A stretch of DNA of 32,000 nt, from assembly GCA_965219535.1 (NCBI GenBank), contig CBDCNV010000001.1:150001-182000 (forward strand), in the 5' to 3' direction. This DNA comes from Opitutales bacterium. GTDB taxonomy: Bacteria > Verrucomicrobiota > Verrucomicrobiia > Opitutales > PNEW01. Positions 1-7,432 of the stretch are shown here, one piece after another. Position 1 is the first letter of the stretch, and every line of letters begins with the position of its first letter. A model generated the notes under the pieces. It ran no database searches. It worked only from the letters and a program-made list of their open reading frames with translations, and had not been told where the DNA came from. Position numbers and translations under genes: made by a program.

Positions 1-1
1 A

Positions 2-757
2 ACCCTGCAGGCGGCACAGCGGCGAGCCCTGCCGACCTACGAGCAGGTCAAGGACGACCCCCCGCAGGACCAGGCCGGCCATAGCCTGCTGAAGTGTTTT
101 CCGTACGAGGAGATCGAGCTCTACCGAGCAACGATGGACGAGGAGAGCATCGCCTTCGCCCGCAAATGGCTCAAGACGGACGACATTCACATGCGGGTGG
201 GCTGCCTGATCGCCCGCTATCCCGGCCACACCAGCGGCGGCACGGGTTTCGACGATTCGGGCTTGCACATCGACAATGGCAACAACTCGCTTTTGCCCAA
301 AAGCGAAGACCGGCGCGAATTCGGTCAGATCGGTTTCTGGGTTCACCTCGAGGAGGTGGAGGAAGACCAGGCGCCGCTGCGGCTAGTCCCCAAGCAGCAC
401 GGCAGGGACATGACAAAATGCTTCCCGCTCGTGTGCAAGAGCGGCACCCTGTGCGTCTTCACCAACTACAGCTGGCACAGCGCCAGCGCCTACACCGGCC
501 AAGACGGCCAGCGTTTCACCTGGGGTTATGGCTTCGGCCGCGCCGACCACTACTGGGAGGGCTTCAGGCACTATACCCACCTGGGCAAGGGCGCGGCGGT
601 ATTCCAGGAGTTTATCGGTGGCCTGACCGCCGCCCAGCGCCAGCTCTGGCGCTTCCCCCCGGCGGGACACTCCTACTATACGGAACAGACCCTGGCGCTA
701 TTGGAAGAACAGTACCCGGGTTGGGACTCGAACGAATACCGCCGGGCGATGCCATAG
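2..757 (+). CDS. PhyH-family Fe(II)/2-oxoglutarate dioxygenase, 3' part (5' end outside the window)
   Basis: Frame 2 is open from nt 2 with no stop before the ATG at 134, so the listed 207-aa ORF is an internal piece. It has a canonical H-x-D (GLHIDNG) and a distal His (SWHSAS), in the order and spacing expected for PhyH/cupin oxygenases. Codon third positions are very GC-rich, unlike the rest of the window. Confidence 0.7.
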   Translation, partial: TLQAAQRRALPTYEQVKDDPPQDQAGHSLLKCFPYEEIELYRATMDEESIAFARKWLKTDDIHMRVGCLIARYPGHTSGGTGFDDSGLHIDNGNNSLLPKSEDRREFGQIGFWVHLEEVEEDQAPLRLVPKQHGRDMTKCFPLVCKSGTLCVFTNYSWHSASAYTGQDGQRFTWGYGFGRADHYWEGFRHYTHLGKGAAVFQEFIGGLTAAQRQLWRFPPAGHSYYTEQTLALLEEQYPGWDSNEYRRAMP

Positions 758-811
758 CCGCCTCTGCCGGCAGGTCATTTTCGCTCTATAGAGCTAGGCA
801 AGTTATTACTT

Positions 812-835
812 GGCCACGACGACGCGTGGCCCTCC
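812..835 (+). repeat. Palindromic intergenic element, short-loop form, stem type A (GGCCACG-ACGACG-CGTGGCC-CTCC)
   Basis: A perfect 7-bp stem (812-818 / 825-831), a 6-nt loop and a CTCC tail. It has the same architecture as the copies at 7366-7390 and 7408-7432. Confidence 0.8.
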
Positions 836-976
836 AACATGCACTTGTATCCTGCATCGTGCATCATAATCTCCTCAATCGATAATCCTTACCAAGGGCG
901 AACCTCGACATCATCAAAATCGGTAATACCATACCTGATACGACACCACATTAATTGACTCCATAAACATCCTGTC

Positions 977-1750
977 ATGACTGAACACGAACGGTATCTC
1001 TTTGATTTACGCGGCTATATTGTTATCCCCGACGCATTAACCCCTGAACAGATTACAGATCTGAACGCTCTTATGGACGAACAGGTTGAAAAAGAATGTG
1101 AGCCGGATGAGAGATTGCACCGCTTTGTTCACCTTTTGCACTGGGGACAAGCTTGTCGCAGCCTGATCGACAACCCGGTTATCGTCCCGTATTTAGTCGA
1201 GCTGCTGGGCGAACAGTTTCGCCTCGACCATGATTACGCGGAGATAATCAGAACAGGTTCAGGGAATCTCCCGAGAACGTTTCATGGCGGTGCCCATCCC
1301 TTCAACCCCGTTATGTATTATAACTATCATTCGGGGAGCATGTATAATGGACTGACTGTCGTCGCTTTTAATTTAAAAGATATACACCCCGGTGACGGTG
1401 GATTTGGTTGTGTACCCGGAAGCCATAAAAGCAATCTTTCGTTTCCGGAGGATTGGCGCGATATTAATAAAGCTCCTTCAATTATCGAAAAGATCACGGG
1501 GCAGGCAGGGACTGCGATCATTTTCACTGAAGCGCTCACTCACGGGACATTACCCTGGCTCGGGAAAGATGACCGGCGGACAATATTTTATAAATACAGT
1601 CCACACACCCTCTCATGGGCAGCACAATATTATGATGCTGATGATTATACCGATTTGACGGAACGGCAACGGGAGATTCTCGAGGCGCCCAATGCACGCT
1701 ATAAGGAGAGGAAAGAGTTTTACCTGAACTATCCCAATAAAAAGCAATAG
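977..1750 (+). CDS. PhyH-family Fe(II)/2-oxoglutarate oxygenase with H-G-G in place of the usual H-x-D
   Basis: A 257-aa ORF. It carries PhyH-type motifs LTVVAFNLKDIHPGDGGFGCVPGSHK and FTEALTHGTLPW. The proximal His sits in TFHGGAHPF (aa 103-105). Confidence 0.7.
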   Translation: MTEHERYLFDLRGYIVIPDALTPEQITDLNALMDEQVEKECEPDERLHRFVHLLHWGQACRSLIDNPVIVPYLVELLGEQFRLDHDYAEIIRTGSGNLPRTFHGGAHPFNPVMYYNYHSGSMYNGLTVVAFNLKDIHPGDGGFGCVPGSHKSNLSFPEDWRDINKAPSIIEKITGQAGTAIIFTEALTHGTLPWLGKDDRRTIFYKYSPHTLSWAAQYYDADDYTDLTERQREILEAPNARYKERKEFYLNYPNKKQ

Positions 1751-1816
1751 CGGCCACGATCAGCCGTCGTCCCGCGGACGCGGGACTATGTCCGACAGGC
1801 AAAGGCGTGGCCCTCC
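1750..1816 (+). repeat. Palindromic intergenic element, long-loop form, stem type A
   Basis: The outer stem GGCCACG (1752-1758) / CGTGGCC (1806-1812) plus CTCC (1813-1816) encloses a 47-nt insert. The insert has its own hairpin, GTCCCGCG-GA-CGCGGGAC (1769-1786). The element starts at the last base of the stop codon of the upstream gene. Confidence 0.75.
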
Positions 1817-1938
1817 AGAAAAGAAATGATGTAAATTCATGCGTTGACTGGTAAATAAATAAGTTTAAGGGAATATATGAGAAATTTCTTTTGAAATCGT
1901 TGAACAATTTTTATGGATTAGCGACGGAAGGTGAATGC

Positions 1939-3744
1939 ATGACTGTTCGGCAAAGAAAAAAAACTGAAAAATCTACGTTTTTCGTTGAACTCATCAAGCC
2001 CTCCCACTACGACGACGACGGCTATGTTGTTCAGTGGTGGAAATCCTGGGTGCCCTCAAACTCGCTGTCGGTGCTCTATGGGCTGACCCTGGACGTTTCC
2101 AAAAGATGTCTACTCGGCGAGGACGTGGGTATCGCGGTTTCGGCCTATGATGAGTATAATACCCGCATCCCGATTAAACAAATTATTCGCCGCTTCAAGA
2201 AAAATGGAAACAGTGGTCTGATCTGCCTGGTCGGCGTGCAGAGTAATCAGTTTCCACGCGCGATAGACATAAGCCGGAAGTTCAGGGCAGCAGGAATTCA
2301 GGTCGTAATTGGAGGGTTCCACGTCAGCGGGTGCCTTTCGATGTTGCCGGACATGACAAGAGACCTGAAAGAGGCTGTGAACTTGGGCATCACGCTGTTC
2401 GCGGGGGAGGTGGAAGGGCGCTTAGATCTACTTCTCGAAGCGGCTTACAAGCGGCAAATGAAACCCATTTATAATTTCCTGAACGATCTACCTAACTTGC
2501 AACATGAACCGATACCATATCTGCCTGAACGACATATCCGACGTTATGTCCGGGCAATCGGCTGTTTCGATGCCGGTCGAGGTTGTCCGTTTGCTTGTAG
2601 TTTTTGTACAATCATCAATGTGCAGGGTCGGAAGTCGCGATTTCGTGATGCCGACGACATAGAGCAGATTGTCCGCGTCCTCGCCAGTCAAGGCATTGAC
2701 AGCTTTTTCATCACCGATGACAACTTTGCACGGAACAAAAACTGGGAGCCGATTTTCGATCGACTCGCTCACCTTCGGGAAAAAGAAGGAATCGACATCT
2801 ACTTTGTGATGCAGGTTGATACCCTGTGCCACAAAATTTCGAACTTCGTGGAAAAGGCCCAGCGAGCCGGCTGTCGGTTCGTTTTTATTGGCTTGGAAAA
2901 CATAAATCCCCAAAGTCTGAAAATGGCCTTGAAAGGCCATAACCGCATAACGGAGTATCGAACGATGCTACAGGCGTGGCGCAACGTCCGGGTTATTACT
3001 TATTGCGGCTATATCCTCGGCTTTCCCGCCGACACCCCTGAGAGCATTGAGCGGGACATCAAGATTATTCAACGGGAACTTTCGGTCGACCTCATTGAGT
3101 ATTTCATTTTAACCCCGCTGCCCGGTTCACAAGACCACAAGGAACTCTATCTTAAAGGCGTATGGATGGATCCCGATCTTAACAAGTACGATGCCGAGCA
3201 TGTCACGGTCGCACACCCTCTGATGAGCAAAGAGGAGTGGCAGGGTATATACGACCGAGCCTGGCATCTTTATTATTCCTGGGAACATATCGAAACCTTG
3301 ATAAAACGTGCTTTCGCGACAGGTATCCGAGTGCCACGGTTAATCTCATTCATCTTCGAGTTTTATGGCAGCTACCGGTTTGAAAAACTGCACCCGCTTC
3401 AATGCGGACTGTTCCGGATTAAGGTACGAACCGAAAGACGCTTTGGCTTGCCCCGTGAACCGGCCTATATGTTTTACCCCTTCCGGGTTTGGGAAGTGCT
3501 GTCTACCTATATCCCAGCGATATTTTTCTTTTTGAAATTGATGTTCCTTTGGTGGCGAGTTCAGCGCAACCCGATGATAAAGGGATACTCCGATATCGCG
3601 ATCATGCCGGTGGAAAACGAAGTGGATGAGAACCTGGAACTGTTTAATGTTACCGAGGCCGCACGCAACGTCGTCGCAAAAGAAAAAGCCAGTAAGGAAA
3701 TAAGACGCAAGGTCCGTGAAGTCGCTTCTGAGGGCAACACCTGA
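1939..3744 (+). CDS. B12-binding-domain radical SAM protein (class B type) with a C-terminal hydrophobic segment
   Basis: CxxxCxxC (GCPFACSFC, nt 2584-2607) follows an N-terminal Rossmann-like cobalamin-binding-type domain (LICLVGVQSNQF...VVIGGFHVS). I prefer the ATG at 1939, which has GGAAGGTG 5 nt upstream, over the TTG at 1891. A hydrophobic stretch, VLSTYIPAIFFFLKLMFLWW, lies at nt 3496-3555. Confidence 0.8.
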   Translation: MTVRQRKKTEKSTFFVELIKPSHYDDDGYVVQWWKSWVPSNSLSVLYGLTLDVSKRCLLGEDVGIAVSAYDEYNTRIPIKQIIRRFKKNGNSGLICLVGVQSNQFPRAIDISRKFRAAGIQVVIGGFHVSGCLSMLPDMTRDLKEAVNLGITLFAGEVEGRLDLLLEAAYKRQMKPIYNFLNDLPNLQHEPIPYLPERHIRRYVRAIGCFDAGRGCPFACSFCTIINVQGRKSRFRDADDIEQIVRVLASQGIDSFFITDDNFARNKNWEPIFDRLAHLREKEGIDIYFVMQVDTLCHKISNFVEKAQRAGCRFVFIGLENINPQSLKMALKGHNRITEYRTMLQAWRNVRVITYCGYILGFPADTPESIERDIKIIQRELSVDLIEYFILTPLPGSQDHKELYLKGVWMDPDLNKYDAEHVTVAHPLMSKEEWQGIYDRAWHLYYSWEHIETLIKRAFATGIRVPRLISFIFEFYGSYRFEKLHPLQCGLFRIKVRTERRFGLPREPAYMFYPFRVWEVLSTYIPAIFFFLKLMFLWWRVQRNPMIKGYSDIAIMPVENEVDENLELFNVTEAARNVVAKEKASKEIRRKVREVASEGNT

Positions 3745-3794
3745 ACATGGCTCTCTAAATAGGAAAGACAAAGGGATCTCCTGGAATGGTGTAA

Positions 3795-3844
3795 GCGGCC
3801 ACGATCAGCTATCTCCCCGCGGACGCGACGGAGCGCGTCCCTCC
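3795..3844 (+). repeat. Palindromic intergenic element, chimeric (type A left arm plus complete type B hairpin)
   Basis: GCGGCCACGATCAGC (identical to the start of the 1750 copy) is followed by GGACGCG-ACGGAG-CGCGTCC-CTCC at 3821-3844. That hairpin is identical to the copy at 15932-15955. Confidence 0.75.
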
Positions 3845-3894
3845 ATTCTTTTAATCTAATTTTGGCTATCCACAATCTGCAATTGCAAATTGGC

Positions 3895-4896
3895 TCACCC
3901 CGCCCTCGGGTGGACGTCCGTGGTTGAAAGTTCGGTTACCACATTGAAAAGAGGTAAGCCGTCACGGTAATTATTCAGGTTTTTAATAATGATCTCACCC
4001 ATACGCGCTCCAAAGTTCTTAGCAAAGCCGGCGATATGGGGGGTGGTGATAACATTATCAAGATCCCAGATCGGATTATCCGCCGACATCGGTTCTTCAC
4101 GAAAGACGTCTAAGCCCGCGCCCGCGAGGTGACCACTTTTTAAGGCATTTATTAAGTCCGGTTCATTAACACAGGTTCCTCGCGCCGCATTGTAGAGATA
4201 GGATCCCGGTTTCATCGCATCGAGAAATTGCTTATCGACAAGCCCATCCGTATCCGGTCCACCGACAGTTGCGATAACGACATGGTCCGCCTCACCGAGG
4301 GCAGTGTGAAGCTCATCCGTCGTATACAGCTTTTCGACGCAATCAGGCTTTTTTACCCCTTTAAAATCGACACCGATGACTCGCATTTGAATGCCTGCAC
4401 ACACTTGTGCAACTGCGGTCCCTGAATGGCCAACACCGACGACACAAACGGTCGAGCCATTCAATTCGCCATAGCAATTGTTGTCGCTGTCGTAGATGGG
4501 GTTGACGAATTGATGGTTTTGTTTTTCCAGAGTATGCTGGGGTATTCTACGACTGAATCCGAGCATCATCGCGAGGGTGTTTTCAGCGATACCGATAGAA
4601 AATACACCTCTAGCGTTACAGAGGGAAAAGTTGGGACGTGACTCTAATCCGTACCCGATGAAGGGATCAAACCCGGCACTGCCGATTTGCGCTACACGGA
4701 CAGGTGTGCCTTCCAGCCAATCTGCTTTCGGATAGCCAATGACAAAGTCAGCGCGCTCGAGGTGCGGGCGATAGTCCGCTTCGGGGGTTTTTTGATTTAT
4801 TATCGTCAATTCAGCCCAACCGGAAGCGACATCTTTTATCTGATTTAGTTGTTCTTCGTTTTGATAGGTAAATGCGTAGAGGATATTGGCTGCCAC
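3895..4896 (-). CDS. D-isomer-specific 2-hydroxyacid dehydrogenase family, NAD(P)-binding
   Basis: GxGxxG (VGVGHSGTA) and the catalytic-triad context NAARG / DVFREEP / TPHIAG. It has a GTG start. Confidence 0.8.
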   Translation of the reverse strand: MAANILYAFTYQNEEQLNQIKDVASGWAELTIINQKTPEADYRPHLERADFVIGYPKADWLEGTPVRVAQIGSAGFDPFIGYGLESRPNFSLCNARGVFSIGIAENTLAMMLGFSRRIPQHTLEKQNHQFVNPIYDSDNNCYGELNGSTVCVVGVGHSGTAVAQVCAGIQMRVIGVDFKGVKKPDCVEKLYTTDELHTALGEADHVVIATVGGPDTDGLVDKQFLDAMKPGSYLYNAARGTCVNEPDLINALKSGHLAGAGLDVFREEPMSADNPIWDLDNVITTPHIAGFAKNFGARMGEIIIKNLNNYRDGLPLFNVVTELSTTDVHPRAG

Positions 4897-4957
4897 GAAG
4901 TGTTATAGTTTAAAGTTTATCTCATCTAAGAGTGAAATGTAACCCAATCAACCCGCG

Positions 4958-5764
4958 CTACGCTGAAGGTTCATCAATGATGGGATTAGTCAGGGTCCCG
5001 ATCTTCTCAATTTCGATAGAAACCGAATCACCCGCTTTAAGCCAGAGGGGAGGTTTTCTCGCCATCCCGACACCATGAGGCGTACCGGTAAGAATAACCG
5101 TTCCGGGCAGCAAGGTGGTACTTCCGCTGAGAAATTCGATTAGCGTGGGAACATCAAAAATCATATCTTCGGTACTCCAATCCTGAACTGTTTCTCCATT
5201 GAGAACAGTCTTTATCTTGAGTGTATTGGGATTGGTAATTTCGTCGGTTGTGACAAGGCAGGGCCCCAATGGACCAAAGGTGTCAAATGTTTTACCCCGA
5301 CACCACTGTCCCCCACCCGCTTTCAACTGCCAATCCCGGGCGCTGACATCATTAGCGCAGGTATAACCCAGGACGTAGTCGAGAGCTTTGTCGCGAGACA
5401 CATTTTTGCAGGGTTTACCAATAATAACTGCGAGCTCACATTCGTAGTCCACTTCATTACTTTTAAGCTTGGTCGGGAGCTCGATAGGTTCTCCAGGATT
5501 GAGAAGGGCGTTTGCTCCCTTGATAAATAGAATAGGATGATCCGGAATTTGCGCGCCCCCCTCCTCGGCATGTTTACGGTAGTTCAAGCCAATACAGAGA
5601 TAAATTCTCGGTTTAACAGGAGCCAATTGTTTTACGACTTCGACTTTATTCTCGCTTACCATATGCTCACCGAAAATATCGCCACTAATCTCATAATAGG
5701 CGTCATCTTTTTGTGCGGCATGGCCGATTATTCCATTTTGGTCCTCGTAGCGGATGATTTTCAT
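4958..5764 (-). CDS. Fumarylacetoacetate hydrolase (FAH) family protein
   Basis: A 268-aa ORF with the typical FAH-domain core EVDYECELAVIIGK...RDWQ...GKTFDTFGPLGP...GTPHGVG. Confidence 0.8.
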   Translation of the reverse strand: MKIIRYEDQNGIIGHAAQKDDAYYEISGDIFGEHMVSENKVEVVKQLAPVKPRIYLCIGLNYRKHAEEGGAQIPDHPILFIKGANALLNPGEPIELPTKLKSNEVDYECELAVIIGKPCKNVSRDKALDYVLGYTCANDVSARDWQLKAGGGQWCRGKTFDTFGPLGPCLVTTDEITNPNTLKIKTVLNGETVQDWSTEDMIFDVPTLIEFLSGSTTLLPGTVILTGTPHGVGMARKPPLWLKAGDSVSIEIEKIGTLTNPIIDEPSA

Positions 5765-5920
5765 ATCTTTATAAATTCAAAAGCTGAATAGTTAATCTAA
5801 TGGGGAAATATTAATTGTCCCATCCCTTTCAGTTGTTAGAGGCGCCATCAAAGAGAGTGTGATTGATTCCCGCAAGTATAAATATGTATTTTGTGGTTTA
5901 TGGAGTACTTTATGTGAATC

Positions 5921-5972
5921 GTAGTTCCTGCCGCTATAGTCCCGTCATTCCGGGACGAAGGTTTAATCCTGG
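5921..5972 (-). repeat. Degenerate copy of the long-loop insert of the palindromic element family
   Basis: Its reverse complement shares CGTCCCG...CGGGACTAT..CAGG.AA with the insert of the 1750-1816 copy. It shares CGGGACGAAGG with the 7165-7272 copy. It has an inner hairpin GTCCCG-TCATTC-CGGGAC (5939-5956) but lacks a clean GGAGG/CCTCC terminus. Confidence 0.45.
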
Positions 5973-6006
5973 CATATTTTATAGATTATAATCTACACAT
6001 ATAAGA

Positions 6007-6063
6007 AGCGCGCTAGGGACCAACCTTCGCTAAAGCTATGGCTGGCAGGCAGCGCGTTCCACC
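6007..6063 (+). repeat. Palindromic intergenic element, long-loop form, stem type C (AGCGCGCT ... AGCGCGTT-CCACC)
   Basis: About 48 of 57 positions are identical by hand alignment to the 31629-31685 copy. Its reverse complement begins GGTGGAACGCGCTG, as does the short-loop copy at 31578. Confidence 0.75.
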
Positions 6064-6143
6064 ATAAAAGAATATATTCGCTGATGTAATTAATTGAGAG
6101 TATTTTATTTAGACATTCACAATTATCGGTAGATAATCCTTTT

Positions 6144-7037
6144 ATGGCACCGATTATTGATGCGCATATTTACCTGTATCCACCGTCGGTTTTTAATAAG
6201 CCACGAGCCTGGGCACAGAAGTGGGGTGAGCCTCACTGGGCAAACTGTGTAGATCCAGAGGGGAAAAAATCCCTGCAGGGCTGGGCCGGCATCGACCAAC
6301 TCTTGTGCGATATGGATAGTGCAGGAATTGATAAAGTGGTACTACTCGGTTGGTACTGGCAAAACGAAGAAACCTGCGAAGAGCAAAACCGCTGGTATAG
6401 CGAGTGGATAAAAAAATATCCCGACAGACTGATCGGATTCGCAAATGTTCACCCCGCTGCAGGAAAGCAGGCATTGGATGAAATTCGTAAATGCGTCGAG
6501 CAGGGGCTTGTCGGGCTGGGTGAATTTCACCCCCAGGCGCAAGGATTCGATTTACGCGATCCCGCCTGGCTCAAGGTTGTAGAGTTATCGATAGAATTAA
6601 AACTGCCGATTAATATTCATGTCACCGAACCGGTGGGCCATACCTACACGGGTCGTGTTGAGACACCGCTCGCCGATTATACTTGGCTGGCGAAAAAATA
6701 CCCGGATGCAAAGTTCATTCTCGCTCACTGGGGCGGGCTTTTGCCTTTCTATGAGTTAAATCCAAGGATACGCGAGGTAATGAAAAACGTATATTACGAT
6801 TGCGCGGCCTCCCCCCTGCTCTACGACCTCAGCATTTATCGCGCGGTCGTCGACATTGTCGGCCCGGAAAAAGTTGTCTGGGCAACTGACTATCCGCTTC
6901 TTATTTACCCCGACAAAGATGTTAAACCCTCGTTTGAAAGAGCTCTCCGTGAAATCCGATCATCCGATTTTCGTGACGAGGAACTGGAATTGATACTTGG
7001 AGGAAATATTCTTAGGCTGTTAAATGATAATGTGTGA
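6144..7037 (+). CDS. Amidohydrolase-2 (TIM-barrel metal-dependent hydrolase / lactonase / decarboxylase) family protein
   Basis: Motifs IIDAHIYLY (N-terminal D-x-H-x-[H>Y]), NIHVTEP, LAHWGG and WATDYP appear in the order typical of PF04909-type proteins. Confidence 0.7.
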   Translation: MAPIIDAHIYLYPPSVFNKPRAWAQKWGEPHWANCVDPEGKKSLQGWAGIDQLLCDMDSAGIDKVVLLGWYWQNEETCEEQNRWYSEWIKKYPDRLIGFANVHPAAGKQALDEIRKCVEQGLVGLGEFHPQAQGFDLRDPAWLKVVELSIELKLPINIHVTEPVGHTYTGRVETPLADYTWLAKKYPDAKFILAHWGGLLPFYELNPRIREVMKNVYYDCAASPLLYDLSIYRAVVDIVGPEKVVWATDYPLLIYPDKDVKPSFERALREIRSSDFRDEELELILGGNILRLLNDNV

Positions 7038-7122
7038 ATGCGGAAATGCGTGAATGCGGATACGCGAAAAAGAGCATATGCGGGAATGCGTTTAAGCGAA
7101 AACGCGAATAAGCGGGAATGCG
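7036..7122. repeat. Degenerate tandem array of an AATGCG-containing 8-mer
   Basis: Exact AATGCG occurs at 7037, 7045, 7053, 7085 and 7117, with variants TACGCG at 7061 and TATGCG at 7077. The first four units have a strict 8-nt period. The array begins inside the stop codon of the upstream gene. Confidence 0.7.
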
Positions 7123-7164
7123 ATAATAGGTTTCTTAATCATCCATCCTCTCTAAATCCAAACT

Positions 7165-7272
7165 GGAGGGCCACACGTTTGCCTGCCTGTCGTTCGTAGT
7201 ACTCCCGCGACTGCGGGTCGGGACGAAGGATGATCGGCCATAGCCCTTCGGGCGACGGCTGATTGTAGCCGC
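7165..7272 (-). repeat. Palindromic intergenic element, longest form (type A terminus GGAGGGCCACACG...)
   Basis: It starts CTGGAGGGCCACACGTTTGCCTG, matching the reverse complement of the end of the 1750-1816 copy. It ends GGCGACGGCTGATTGTAGCCGC, matching the reverse complement of the start of that copy. Its interior shares CAGCCGTCGCC..GGCTATGGC with the 31629 copy. Confidence 0.7.
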
Positions 7273-7365
7273 TAATGCAGTTTTAATGGAGCGGGCCGCC
7301 TGACTGCCGCCGCAGGACGACGGCTGGTTCACAGCATGCTTCTCAAATTACGATTAATTTAAATG

Positions 7366-7432
7366 CGGCCACGACAACGCGTGGCCCTCCGGTTGAATAT
7401 TTTTTCTGGAGGGCCACGCGTTGTCGTGGCCG
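7366..7432. repeat. Inverted doublet of type A short-loop elements (REPIN-like)
   Basis: CGGCCACGACAACGCGTGGCCCTCC (7366-7390) and its exact reverse complement (7408-7432) are separated by a 17-nt AT-rich spacer. Confidence 0.85.

Noticed and set aside
94-885. Long overlapping ORFs in the first 900 bp (94-885 on the plus strand; 171-416 and 383-670 on the minus strand).
   Set aside because: They overlap the PhyH frame, which has recognisable family motifs. High GC suppresses stop codons in all frames. Their translations are Arg/Pro/Gly/Ala-rich low-complexity sequence typical of off-frame GC-rich DNA.
1845-1880. TTGACT at 1845-1850 as a -35 promoter element for the radical SAM gene.
   Set aside because: I could find no convincing -10 hexamer at 16-19 nt spacing. 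The promoter consensus of the unknown host may also differ, so the call is not supportable.
3874-3883. A 10-bp perfect palindrome TGCAATTGCA between the radical SAM and dehydrogenase genes.
   Set aside because: It is short, occurs once and lies between convergent gene ends. A palindrome of this size is expected by chance in AT-rich spacer.
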